From the NCBI RefSeq assembly GCF_964204645.1, contig NC_134028.1, forward strand, positions 24,734,345-24,798,344: DNA of 64,000 nucleotides, given 5' to 3'. This document shows positions 14,501-28,900 of this stretch, in pieces (within the stretch, counting starts at the first letter, position 1; each line of letters begins with the position of its first letter). Source of the stretch: Tubulanus polymorphus (Eukaryota > Animalia > Nemertea). Both the position numbers and the translations under genes were made by a program. Under the pieces are notes generated by a model. The model ran no database searches and was not told the origin of the DNA. It saw only the letters and a list, made by a program, of their open reading frames with translations.

Positions 14501-14694
14501 TCCTGGAAACACAACCAAAATCATTCCTAACACCAGATTTTAATCGAAATTACTTCTAAATTACTAAGATGTATGTTAATTAACTAGAGGTAGACTGAAA
14601 TAAAGTGCTCTTTCCGTAAAAACTAAATGCGTCATTTCTGGCGGCAATCTACGCTTTTCTGTTGGCAATGTTCTCGTCCGGAAGAACTACTCAA

Positions 14695-14806
14695 CCTATA
14701 TTCGAATGAACTTGCCCAGTGAGTATGATCCCTATACTCGAATGAACACGCCCGGACCAATCGCCTGTGTCGAATGCGATCACGTGATGCGAGTTGACTA
14801 TAAATA
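14695..14806 (+). promoter_or_regulatory. Putative MAT proximal promoter
   Basis: Duplicated 23-bp motif (14695, 14731), CCAAT (~14757), CACGTG E-box (14781) and TATAAAT (~14799), about 135 bp upstream of the ATG. Confidence 0.5.
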
Positions 14807-14935
14807 GCGGAGTGAAATTTATATCGTCCTCTTTTCCATACAGTTTTAAAGCTGAACAGGCGACGCTGAAATTTCTCTTGTCTGCCGTGGGATTACTGTA
14901 CACTATAAACAACAGATACATAAACTACAAGCAAG

Positions 14936-17900
14936 ATGGAAAACGGATTAATACTGAACGGAGATAATGGAAAAGACAGAACCTTTTTGTTCACGTCAGA
15001 ATCAGTCGGAGAGGGTCATCCAGGTGAGTAAAATGATGCATCTTCTCAATCGAGGTGGTGCCATTTTCGGGGAGAATGGCGGCTGATGGAGATGACAGCG
15101 TCCTGTGTAACTATGACAACAGGCGTACCTGGGCCACGGTTTTTTACTGATGGCCTGCATCTTCGAGATCCTCAATTTATTGACTATGGTTTAGAAGGGT
15201 TTTATTAATGAATTAACCCAATGTTTATTTTGTAAAAATTTGTAGATAAAATTTGCGATCAGGTCAGTGATGCAGTTTTGGACGCACATCTAGAACAAGA
15301 TCCAAATGCTATGGTCGCTTGTGGTAAGTTCATATCTAATTCTCATTATTTATTTACCAATTATATAGAATAATTAATATTGTGCATTTAGTTTGTCTTT
15401 GGTCACGGCCAGGTTACCGAAAAAAGCCAAAACTAAAAATCAATTTGTTATTAACTTTTTATGTGAAAAGTAAAAATCTCAGGTATAAAGATCTTGCAGA
15501 GACTTTTCCGAATTAATCAATTAATTGTGGTTATGGTTTGGGAAGATAGAAAAAATTAGAATTCGGGAAAAAAAATACATCAGAAGATGAATAATTTTTG
15601 ATATTATTAGTTAGTGAAATTTGAGAAAATGGTATCCTTTAAACATTAGCATTAGTAGTGTAATCAAAAACAATTTTTCCCACGTTCACGTAAAGAAATA
15701 AGTTGCGCCGAATATTTTTACTGAAAGACCATATTGAATGTATTTTTGTTTTGTTATTCGCAGAGAGCTGTTGTAAAACTGGAATGATTCTGGTTTGCGG
15801 TGAAATCACGTCTCAAGCCCACGTCGACTATCAGCGAGTCATTCGCGACACGATCAAACATATCGGTTATGACGATTCCAAAAAAGGTACGATATTTACA
15901 GTCAGTCACATCTTTAAAAAACATTAGCAGTGTATTTTGCACAATAATTAAATCAATTGAGTAAAATAATGAATTCAGTTTTTAGCGGAACTTTACATCC
16001 TTTAGGTTATCGTGAAATTTTGCTTACTCTGAAAATTGACATTGAATGATTCGAAATTAACCGAAAGTTAGATCTAACAATTTAGGAAGGCATTCGTGAC
16101 GGTTTACGGGGCTTAATATTAATCGGGGTCTGTGGCCACCGAATAGAACTTAGAAAACTCGACTGGATTCCATAAAAATTAGAGAATTTGACAAGTTTTG
16201 CCAAAAAGAAAATTCATGAGAAGCATTTGACGCATTTCGTTAGTAATACGTTTCACGAAAAAAGAATGGAAATTTGAACATTTTATACTAAGAACTTTCT
16301 CCATTCACCTGCAGCAGATTCACTTATGGAATTTTGAATTAGAACATTTAACAAAAAAACTTGGGGAATCAATAAAAAAGCATCCCTGATAATTCTTGAA
16401 AATGTCGCAATGAAAACGATGAAAAATAGCCGCTAATATTTCGATTTCTCCTTTCTAGGATTTGACTACAAATCGTGCAACGTTTTAGTAGCCATCGAAC
16501 AACAAAGTCCCGACATCGCTCAGGGCGTCCACGTCAACCGAAATGAAGAAGATATCGGCGCCGGTGATCAGGGTTTGATGTTCGGTTACGCGACCGATGA
16601 AACTGAAGAATGTATGCCTCTCACCGTCGTACTGTCGCATCAACTGAACGCTAAAATAGCTGAACTGAGACGCACTGGAGAGCTCTGGTGGGCTGGTCCA
16701 GACACTAAAACACAGGTAAATACAACGCTTAACATTCTTTCATTTGAATATTCGTTACTATTGACAGCCACTATCTTGACAATTGATTGAAGTGCTTTGA
16801 AAATTACCAATTAAGATTCTTTTTCAATTGGAAACCAAGAACCACTTCCACAGTAACAATTTGATTTCCAAACATTTAATTCTGAACTGTTTAGAGGCAA
16901 ATCAGACCCGGAACTGTTGAACTTGGTCTAGTTAGGGCCAGAGCTTGGACTAGTTTCAGACCATGTTAGTTCTATAGCCAATCTTAACAAATTTATAAGA
17001 CCACTTGTGGACTCAAAATCACTACTGTGCATCTGATTGTTAAGTTTTTAGTTGGTTAAGTTTGGTTTTAAAGTACGTTTTATTAAAGTTCTTCATTCAA
17101 GCCAGTGTAGGGATGTATCTCTATGGTGGTCAGTTATAACTTAAACTTGGGCTTTCAATGGGAGCCTGGGTAGAATTGGCCCCTGAACTAAGGACAGGTC
17201 CCATTGCGTAGCTTTCACTCTACAAGCGGAAGATTAATAGTTGTTTAATGTTGATTCGCAGGTTACTATCGACTACAAATTCCATATGGGTGCTTGTATA
17301 CCCCAACGCGTTCATACAGTTGTCATTTCTGCTCAACACGCCGAAGAATGCACGATGGACGTCCTACGCTCCGATCTCATGGAGAAAGTCTGCAAGGCGG
17401 TGATTCCCGCGAAATACATCGACGACAAGACCATATTCCACTTGAACCCGTCCGGTCGTTTCGTGATCGGCGGACCGCAGGGCGATGCCGGTTTGACCGG
17501 GCGTAAGATTATCGTGGACACGTACGGCGGATGGGGTGCCCACGGTGGCGGAGCGTTCTCCGGTAAAGATTTCAGCAAGGTCGATCGATCTGCTGCGTAT
17601 GCTGCTCGCTGGGTCGCCAAGTCTCTAGTCAAAGCTGGACTTTGTAAGCGAGTTCTCGTACAGGTATGCAATGCATTTTCTCGCTTCGTAATAGTTTTCT
17701 TAGTGCAGGGTGGGGCCACTTACTTGGAAATCACGGAAAGTCGGGGAGTTTTCTTTACTTAAAAAAAGTGAGGAAATTTTGTTTAACAAAAAATAACAAG
17801 CTAAGAATTGGGGGAATTTGTTGAGACAGTGGGAGAAAAAGCAGGTCACCTGCAGTGGCTTAAACAATCTTTTTCTCATATCTGGGAGGGGCGTAATTTC

Positions 17901-18851
17901 TTGTAGTTTTAGAAGTTCTTCATTGATGATTGGATGGCTGTATATATATATAGATGTAGCTTGGATTTACTTAATTTATGGCGTTAAACAGTTAAAGGGG
18001 AGTTAAACTGAATCTTGGTGCTTGAAATGACTAACGGAAAAATGTATTTGTTATTTTCTAGTTATCGTATGCTATTGGTATCGCTCAGCCGATTTCCATC
18101 AGTATATTCAGCTACGGAACATCGACGAAATCTGAAGATGAATTGCTGAGAATCGTCAAGAAGAACTTTGATCTCAGACCAGGCGGTATCGTCAAGTAAG
18201 TTGATTGATTAAACTCGCGCATCAGATATCATCAGAACTTATAAGGAGCCCTTTAAATTATTGCACATAGGGTATGCATTCATGGAGAGGGGTCAAAAAT
18301 CAGCCATTTCTACTGTGCTGAAGATGATAATCAAAAAAGTTTTCCTATGTTCAATTTCTAGGGTCTCTTTAAGATATTAGGAAATCATGGTTTTTAGCAA
18401 ATCGACTTTGTGCAACTACTTGGGAAAAATCTGTTAAAGCCATGATTAATGCTTACTTCCCAGAAAAATGTAAACAAGTGACTTGTATGCCATCCAAAAA
18501 GTGTTGCAGTATTTCTAATTGTGATACTAAGCGTTGGTCAAATATTTAGAAGCCAAGCACACGCCACTTAATTGAGTGATTTTGACAAATTGTGATGAGC
18601 AATTACAATTGGCGCTATTCACTAACAACTGCTTCTACACAACACTACTACAAACCATGATTGAACTTTAAATTCGAACAGTTGTTTTCTCCAAATCTAA
18701 TTCTGAAGTTCTGGAGTTGTATATCTATTATTTTTCCATTTGCAGGGCTCTGAACCTGAAGAGACCAATTTACCAAAGAACTGCCGCATACGGACATTTC
18801 GGACGCAAAGAATTCAGCTGGGAACAGCCGAAGGAACTCGATTTAAGTTAA
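14936..18851 (+). CDS. MAT2A: S-adenosylmethionine synthase (methionine adenosyltransferase; MAT1A/MAT2A co-orthologue), 7 coding exons, ~395 aa
   Basis: Exons 14936-15023, 15246-15323, 15764-15886, 16459-16715, 17262-17663, 18062-18195, 18746-18851. Motifs [38 protein letters not shown]. Candidate AATAAA at 19583 and 20031. Confidence 0.97.
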
Positions 18852-21800
18852 ATTACGAAAACGAATGAACATTTTTTAAAAACTGTACACGGTGACTGCT
18901 GCACACACACGCATAACGTGTACAACTATATTGATTTATATCGCGCGCGAGAGAGAGGTGGCAGGTCAGGGTCTCAACAAACTGGCTCGCAAGTCAACGG
19001 ATCACAGTTGTGGGGGTTAGCAAAACATGACGGACATTTTGTCGTTGGCGATAATTGAGGGTTCGGGGGGTCATTGAGAAAATTTTTAGGTCATCTTCAC
19101 GTTTTTTTTTTTTTTTCGCGCACATTTGATATCTATATATATTTTTTATTACGAAGAATCATTCTTCACCGCATGTTTAATAATCACCAACGCATCGAGG
19201 GTCGGGGAAATTATAATATCGATATACGACGACAACGACAAAAATGAAATGATAAGAAGAGAACGCACAAAATGTCCTTCCGTTCTGTTCCGGCTCCACA
19301 ATCTGCAAATACGCCGTCATTTATTGAACGCGTATCTGTCTTGTGTTCATAAAAAAGCATTGGAAAAGAGCGCCTTTATGTACACTCGGGTTCGTTCTGA
19401 AGTTGTGCCGCCCGTATCGACGTCACGCCCTTCACTCAAATCTATTTTATATATCGTCGTACTTTATTTTTTTGTTGTAAATAATTCTTATATATATATA
19501 CGTGAAGTGGTACTACTCGGTACGGAGGGCGCGCGCATCTTTAGGGTTTGTTATGATCCTGCCTGGTCGAAAATAATATCATAATAAAATCTCAACGATT
19601 ATATTATTCGAAGTCTTAGAATTAGGATCGGAAAATTCGGAGAGGTATTTCTCGATCGTTTTCTTATGACCCCGGTTACTTTTCAAACATTCTTGTAATT
19701 ATAATATATACTTGTTTCGACTTGTGTGCAGTTGATCTACTGTTGTTTTACGATGTCCAGCATATATCTTCTTATATTGTGTATATCTGATTTGTGCTGT
19801 AACAAGGATATATTTAATGATTTAATAATATCATGTAGTGTTATTATTATTGACAAATGAAAATGATCACTATATTTAGGTGTATAGATTACAAACGCAC
19901 TTGAATTGTTTAAAAAATTCGGTCGGTCGGTTGGAGCAATTAAGTTTATATTATTCTTTGTGTATTAATGTCTCGATATTCCAATTTTAAAGAGTTCTTT
20001 GGTTTAATTTATGACTATTGCTTGAATCTGAATAAATGTTACTCTTAGTGAAATTGAACATTTTTCGTTGGATTCCTCGAGACACTTGCCAGGGCTTTCA
20101 CAACCCTTTAGCTTCCTTGCTAGTTACTTGGATTTTTGCCTGCTTGCTAGGGCTTTTGGAACTTCTTCCCTCACTTGCCAGAGCTATTTGGAGTTGTTTA
20201 CCTCACTTGCCAGATAATTTTGGGGCTTCCCATCTAGTTCTAGTTGTCGTTCAATGCAAAGCCGAGATATGGCATCTAGGGCACTGGAATGACAGCGAGT
20301 TTGAGTGGAGGAGTTATTGGTTAAACTGGATGGATCCTAATATGATATCTTCCCCAAGTGATTCCACTGGCACTTCTGATGTAGAAAGATCCTTGGTGTT
20401 GTTGGGATTCATTTGAGGTGGAAGAGCTACAACATCTGGAGTGTGTGCATATAGAACAGTCGATATGACTACCACTGACATGAGAGGCTTGATATCTGGT
20501 AGATGGTCAGACTAGTTGCCTCCCTGTTTTGAAATGGCAGTGCATAAGGCAATCCTCTAACTTAGGCAATTAGAAGTTTACAATGTGGCAGAGACGCAGC
20601 CAGGATTTCTTGACCGCATAGTCACTGCTTATCAGGGTCCTAAGTGTCTCCTTACTTGCTACAAATAAAAACAAAGAAAACTGAATTCATTTAATCATTC
20701 AATTTATTCAAAATTTCAGATTACAAAAAATCGTCGACTCACGGGAGACCAGAAGGACCCGGCACAGTAGAATTCTGGATATCAGTGAAATTTGGTCACT
20801 ATCCCCCAAAATATGACGGCAAAATCTCCAAACAAATACATTCATCATTTTTACCACAGTATACATTTTTCATCATCTGACACAATAAAAAAATACACTA
20901 CTGTATCAGTAGGTAGCTGATTCGTGCTAGTGCAAATTTAGGCCGGTTTCGAACTAAACCAAACCTGCTCTGCAATCAAACACAAGGGTTTGCAATAATA
21001 CGTAACAGCATTTGTGGCAATGTGAAAATATTTCATTACATCTATCAAGGCATTTTATCTATTTATTTCAGCATTTAAAGAGAATTCACATTTTCATACA
21101 GCTATCAGTGGGCAGTAGAATTATCTGCCCATAGCTGTAATAACTTCATATACACACCTATTTCAAGATATGAAATATTCATTCGAAGTCCTCGAAAGAG
21201 GATTTACAGTTATGACTAGACGCTACAACACTATCACAACACATATATGCATATCAATCATTATACATACTATCAATTTTAATGTATACAATGATTATTT
21301 GAATATTCAATATAAGCCAAAGCTGATTTACATATTATCACTTAAACATTATCATCATGATCATCATTATCATCATCATCACAAACACCACGCGTAGAAA
21401 CATGCGAGAAACACCTGCACAGAGATAAACAAGTCATCAAGCAATAAACAATTGAGAATAGATAGTTTCGGCGCCATGTTATACAGATTTAGACGTCCGC
21501 GTCCTAGTAAGACAGCGGGCCGCAACTCTATTGTGTATAAGTCTGATAGCAGTCTTAAGCTTGTGTGGGGGAATTACCGGTAAGGTGCAGTCAAAATCTG
21601 GTCATTCAAATGCTTGATCATTTTGACCACCGTTGCCAGTTCCTCGTAGTGCTGGGACGGTATGCCCTGGCTTGAGGAGTGGCAAATTTGCTAAACGATC
21701 GAAATATTGTATTCCAACCTGTGAAATAAGAGGCAATACGCTTTGAGGGAACTGCATCAAATATTTGAATGGTACGAGCTCCTAAATTTAGGTTATCGAA

Positions 21801-24800
21801 GGTATCTAACAAGACTTTGAATCGTATTTTTAGGTCAACTACAATAGAAAATCGTTACTACATTAAGTCCATTTTTTTTAACCCTTTTTTCATGATTTTA
21901 GGATCGTGGACATTGATGTATCCTATTCAGTAAACCGAGTGAAGGGTCCTGATATCATCAATTCACCACATCCAGGTGAAGCTGTTCTTCTAATATATGC
22001 TGTTCTTCTTCTCTGACTGTACATTTTTATTTCTACTACAACAAATCTTCATATGTGTGATTTCTTATGACGCATGCGCGAGGCCCAGTATCTTCACACC
22101 GCGAAGGACAAGATATCCGTGGCCCACATTACTATCAATAGTTCATTGTATATTTACAACAGGACTGGTTTTGAATTATAAGCGCTGTTAAAAACGAAAC
22201 TCACACGCCGACAAAAAACATGAATCTGAATATGAATATACAATATTGGCATTCCTATTTACACAGCAGAATCAGAATGATTTATATTTATATATATATA
22301 TATATGAATTAGAACGGCGCTTCAACTAGTTTCGAACATCAATCATTTTTCCGTCCTTTGGTTTTCGATGATTTTCAGACACAGATGAAATACATTCAGC
22401 GAGAAAAATGTTTTTTAAAAATATTCATGAATGAAATGATTTATGAAAGGGCAGTGTAATCACGTTGTGTAGACGATGACGTTTCAAGCAGTGAAAATTG
22501 AAAGCACAATCGAAAACTCTTTCGCCCGGACGTGAACTTCGATACTTCAAATTTGAATGGCCTTCAAACCTAGACACATATTCGAGACAAATAAAATTCC
22601 AATCCAAATGAAAGACACAAAAGCATTTGAAACCGATCCAACGATTGTGATTTGAAACAGAATAAGAAACAACAACATCTTTTGAGAATGAACTTATTTA
22701 GAACTCCAAGTCATACTTAACAACGATGGAACTGGGTCCACCATTACCTACTACTAATTCTCAGTTTAACCGCGAGACCTAATTTTTCTCAAAATATTTC
22801 ACAAGTTTAAAACCAATGTTTAAGCAGAAATGATATGCATGAAAATTAATTGATATGCACTAAATAGAAAAATGCTTATACAACTAGAGTTGATATGAAG
22901 GCACTGACCATACAAAAGCAATTTCAAGTCTCATATATATCGACATATAAGACTCGCGTTCTTGCACAGACAAAATGTGTCAATTGATATGAAAAACCTG
23001 TTTCAACATAGGTAATAACTAAATCATGTGACGTATGAAACATATGACGTAGAAAATAGGATTTTAGTGACTAGCGTCATATACAAAATTGAAATAAAAA
23101 AACAACAACAGGGGTATACTTTCAGAAGCAATTCATTCAAATACTAGTTGATACAAGGTGTCGTATGCAAAGCTAATACGCTAAAAGCAGGATTAAGTAG
23201 GGTTTACATCCCTGCAAAATTCAAACAAATACTTGAAGCTTATCGAGCTTAAAAATTCATAGGACACCAAATATATGTGCTTTATTAAGCCCACTGCACA
23301 CAGCAGAACATTTGTTTCATCAGAACAGAAAACCTATTTTTCAGACAACATTTTGAGTAAATGTTTTACCCGCAAATGATGAAATGTTCAAAGCACCCCG
23401 CATAATAGTAATAGTAATTTATTTCATCGTCAATTAAATTGAAGCATAATTACAAATAGAATGCATAACGCATAGGTAGATTGATGATAGGGACTCGAAC
23501 AGAGCCATCACTAGGACGTTCGGACCCCGTGAGAAAAAAAGGTTAATGATGATAACACGTAGAAAATGGTTGTCGCAATAAAACGATAGACTCAGTTATT
23601 TACGTCAATTTTTCTGTATATCACGTGATGCAGTAGTGTCCCTTGATTGGTTTCGGCCGTGGATATTTTGCAAAACATCCAATGTACCGGTACACGAGAA
23701 GAAAGACGTTTTCGACGTCACAAAACCTTTCAGGTGCTTGTTTCGTGTTTCTGTTCGGCGTTTTCTGTTTTAACTTCACAACGCACGAGAAAAAAAAAGA
23801 AGTTTTTTCCTTGCGGTGTGCACTGGGCTTAAGATACGGGTTAAAAATGCATGAAAGACGATTGAATATGGATTCATCGAAGTATGGATGCAAGATCTAA
23901 TCAGTTTTCTAATCACTTTATGTTTCTCTACAGTACATTCATAGATAAAAGTTTTTGACCCCTACACGTTGGTGTTTTGTATACATACTTAACGAACTGT
24001 GGAATGATTCATGAATTGACTAGGAATAATAATTTCTCGTATGTGATGTCGTGCAGTGGGAAAAAAAAAACAAAACAAAAACATCATTAACATAAAGCAG
24101 ACAAAACGTGTAAAAAAGAGACACTTTCATAGTCGTTTTAGTAAAATATGAGCAACAGGAATAAAAGTAGAAAATAAATACTCTAAGTAAACGTGTAGGA
24201 AAAAACACCACAAAAATACATCGGTACCTAATACAACGAAAACACATAACAATGAAATGCATTCATAAAATTATCAATTTATCAATTAAAACTTCAATAC
24301 CTCATGAAAAACATGATCCCACAATAAACCCTTGTACCTTAAGAATGGGCCAAATCTGTTTATTTCATTTCCTCAATCGTGAATCCGACTTGAGGCATGT
24401 TTTATAGTATTAAAAGGACCTAATCAAGTAGAAACTAAAAGTAGCATCGTAGATGAATAACATTAACAATGCACAAAACTATAAGTATTGACAAAAAATA
24501 CTGAATACTGAATAAATGTTTACAAATTATAGAAAGCCATATCGAAATCTGAGCAACAAAAATGACAAAAACTATGTATTATATTTTCAATGACCATTAA
24601 AAAGGGTTGCATTTCTTTTCCTCTTAGATATTCTACTGACTGGTATTTGACTGAATCGCAAGTAACACAAGCAACACGGTAAATCATAAGTTTTTACGGT
24701 ATGACTAGAGTTAGCAGATGATCATAAATGAAAGTTTCCAAAATAAACAACTTGCGCGCTTCTCGCGTTCGTCGCAAAACAGAGGAAAAACCAATTTTTC

Positions 24801-25984
24801 TACGTACATGAATTCATACCGATTTGTGCTCATGTTTCAGCTCCACATTTTTGAGCCGACTGTTTCAGCTATATCGGAGAGGTACTGATTGAGATCAGAA
24901 AGATCCATCCAGTTGACGACGATAGGATGAACCAAGCTGCCTGGTGACGAATTATCAATATAGTCGATTTCACATTCAGGAACGAAATGATCTCATTGGT
25001 TTATAAGCTCTAAAGCCTGCTGCAGATTGTCGCATAATTGACACTGAAAGCCATACCACGCACACTAGCAACAAGTACACAGCTACGCCTATCAGTACTC
25101 AACGCATGCAGAGGCAGATTTAGGGGGCCTTATTTGCCAAAATAACATCATTGTTGGTAAATTTGTTTCAGAATTACTCACGATGCTCAGAAAATAAGAT
25201 ATCTTTCGGATTCTCTCAGGGCCCAAACTCAATAAGACTTTGTGCTGTAAAACATTGTATCCCCTATTTTAAATTTCTGCATCAGTCCCTGGATCGAAAT
25301 TGAAACTAGATACCCTTGAAAATTCTAGCCGCATATTACGCAAATCCTACGCCGGTGTATTTGCTGTGGCCAGTGGTGCACTTGTCACTAGCGCGCGGTG
25401 GGTTTCGCATTCAAGCCAGCAATAAACGAACCGAGTTAGTTTTACTCATGTATTGGGTCCACTGTGGAAACAGGTCCCGATATTTCAGGTATCTCTGTGT
25501 TAAGCACGATGATATACTAAGTAGCGAACGTTTTAACTTTGCACGAATTTCGATTCGATAGAGAACCGAACTCGAGCACCGGACAATGTCTGAAAATTAA
25601 ACAACAGCGTATGACGAATCCCATTGAATCATTCAGTTAAAATGAAACGCATGAGTCTACTGCAAAATCCTTATATCTCGCCGAAAGGTTGGGAGATTCT
25701 TGACAGCTATTCAGTAGAATTTATTCATTTTTAAAGTACGCCATGAACGCTCCGCAGTATTCAGTCAGTCAGTATTGTCTAACAGTAGACGTCTCTGGTG
25801 TACTAAGTGAACTACAGTACTGGTGTACTAAGAAGTTGATTATTTTATACAATTGTCGTACGGCGAAAGGTAAAGAAATTGTTTCCGCTTTTTTTCCTCC
25901 CGATTGAGACGCGCGCCGATCTCACGACGAGTGATCGCTATATTTTCGTAACGGACTGTATCTGTATCGACGGTCTCTCTCGTA

Positions 25985-28900
25985 TCAGGACTGAGATTCG
26001 AATTGCTGAAATATGGAAAACGAAAAAGACGATCATTAGTACTGTTGTAAATAGTTGAAAAATGTGACGCTTAATTTGAAAATTCTTATTTAATGAGAAC
26101 TTTGAGTATATAAAATATCACATTCAAGTGAGACCCTTTTTTTTCTCATGACATTAATTACTATCAAGATTATGTATTATCATTTTTACTGTGAAACTTT
26201 TATTTCTATGAGGAACCGGTTTTGAAAAGCATTAAAAAAATACAGTCACCAACTTTGCGTCAAACTGAATGAATTTCATACAATAAACATTTGAGCATTT
26301 TGCTGAAACTTTGGCACTTTTATGAACAAAAGCCGAACGTCCTGTAGTTCATTGAAGTGGAGAGTATTCACAGGCCATTTCTTAACTCAAAAATAACAAC
26401 TGACCCAAATTTGAGATTAATTCGTCATATTCTTGTATAAATATCCTGCTATTTGATTTTGTTCTCAGTACGCCTAATGATGGCTAACAGTTGTTAGCTG
26501 AAACGTCGCTCCTCAAATATAATCAATTTTGGCTTCGTTATTGTGGGATTTCTCTCGTCTTCATCATACACGGATATTGTGTATCTTCTCGTCTTATTGA
26601 GATTAATGTCTTGAAATTCACAATATGGAACTACAATTCCACTTCAAGAAAACTACGGATTGCACAACTAAAAGGGCTTATCAATCAATACAGCTCAAAT
26701 GAGGGGTAACAATACGATATTAAGACGATGTTAATATAAGCCCAGTTCACCTGATATTTCTGTAGATTAAAGCAGCAGGAAGAAAAAGACAAAGCAGTGT
26801 TAAAAATAAATAACAGCTATTCACATTAATCCCTACAGATTTACACAGAGAGACATAGTGTGGGACTGAATGTTAGTAAAGTTAGTTGAAGCTACGAGCA
26901 ATTGTTGAGATAATTGCTCGTAGGTTGAAGCTTATGATAGTATAGTAACTTAGCTGTGACCCAGAAATGGAGTTTGAACCAAACCAGACAGAAGTAGTGT
27001 TGGGAATCACATTCGTACCCCGAGAAGGTGTGCAATGGAGACTGGATGCATGAACGGGAGGGTTGGTTATGCCTCATAAAATGTTCAAAATCTAAATCAT
27101 ATTCATTGCATTTTGATCAATGGGCATTTTAGGCTTTGCTGATTATGAGTTTATTTCTCTGGAGCGAGTTCCACAGTTTCTGGGTAGTATTTGACTACGA
27201 ATTAACTCGTTGAAAATGAAATTATTTTCACTCAAGAACTACGTCTAACTCACAGCTGTGGAACTGGATAATGTATTTTTCTATAGGGCACCACAAAATT
27301 CACCAAGACTTTAGATTTATTGTTTCATCACAGATATTGTGATCTACTGATTCAACCGTAAATATTGTCTGGATGTTGCATGACACGGATTAAAAAACTT
27401 AATTTGAAAAATCCAAACTCCAAATCAACAACAATCCTTCCTGGCAGAAATGATAAAACATGTAGTAGTATCGTCGACACTCACCAGGTGTCAGGTCACG
27501 TGTGACAACCGTTGCATTCGTTATTACTGAGAAAATATTCGGTCAAAAACGAATCGAACTAAAAACCAGAAAAACACGACATCGAAAATGTTTACAACAT
27601 CGAAAACAAACTAAAAATCACATTAAAGCACACATACATCGATACATCAATCAAATAATTATCATAATTTTGAGAGGTAAATAATTTCAATGGACTTAAA
27701 TTTTCAATAACAGGGGCGTAGTAAGCAACAAAGAGTGTGTTCGAAAAAATCAGTTGAACTGAAAGTTTAAGAATAGATTTTTCAAATTTGACACCTCAGG
27801 CACGCATCCTCCTCTGGCAGGGATTTGAACCTGATGACATAATATTGAAAACATCATGGCAGAACTTTCGGGCGCGTTTGTTTGAAACTTGGCTACACCC
27901 CTGAATAAGGTCCAGATTGTGACCCGTGAATTTATATGTATAGACACAGTGAAACACCGTGACAGTAATTAACACAGACTAACCTTCATTCGTTCTAAAA
28001 CGCTTTTTCTACCGGAATGTGGAGAATGTTCACCATCGCTCACGCTAGCTGAACGCACATGCACAAAATCTAAACTCTGTCAATGAAAATCATAAATCAT
28101 TATTTTCACACGATTAAAACCCTTTCAGTGCTGACTAATTAATACTAAGACTAATTAATTCAGTGCTGGAGATAATTTGAAAATTTGAATAATTCCACCC
28201 TAGTGTGTTGAATAACGGGAATACCACTATAATGCGTCTACACCGCAGCGCAGTGTATCGTTAGTTACTAGTATTTCACTATGTTTGACAAGTGCTGCCA
28301 TTTTTCAAGAGAGATAATTACTAATTACATCAATACACCGCAGTGCGGTGTACTAGCAAAATCTATCACTGATTTTACACTGCACTGCGGTGTAGACGCA
28401 CTGAAAGGGTTAACAACAACAGAGGTATTAAGAATAACAGTAACCTATCAGTGGTTTAGTTTCAAGATCGGATATTTTCACAAAACGCATTGGTTCATAT
28501 AAGCCTATCCGATTATAAAAGCTTACCACCAATGATTAGGTAACTAACTACAAAAGGAAGAGTCTAAAAAACAAATTTATCATGGTTTCCAATGCAAGTA
28601 AAGAGAGAAAGCCAAAAAGGACCATTGAAACCATAAGGACTAGTTGCATGAAGCTGGGGTTAAATCATCCATTTGTAATGGTACCACAAAAAGTTTTGTT
28701 TTTTCTCAGTGTATGCTAGGATACTTGGGGTTGAGCTTTGATTTTCATACAAGTTGGTCGCTACAGAATCTGAGCAGTTTTCAATAAGTATTCCGGGAAG
28801 AAATATCGAAATTTGACTCGAGCTGGCAATGACTGAATCGATAAGAGAAGATATCGGTACCTGTGATACAGTTCTATATGGACTCTGAGTTAACTGACGT

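Noticed and set aside
17333-17719. 128-aa antisense ORF in MAT exon 5
   Set aside because: Shadow of a GC-rich coding exon.
19126-19584. 152-aa ORF
   Set aside because: It lies in the MAT 3' UTR, starts at TTG and has UTR-like composition.
20036-20640. 126-aa ORF and coding-like composition after the MAT polyA signal
   Set aside because: No recognisable motif, and the antisense frame is broken by several stops. Possibly a repeat relic, but unsupported.
27828-27858. CTGATGA...GAAA as another hammerhead
   Set aside because: No convincing stem I or stem II.
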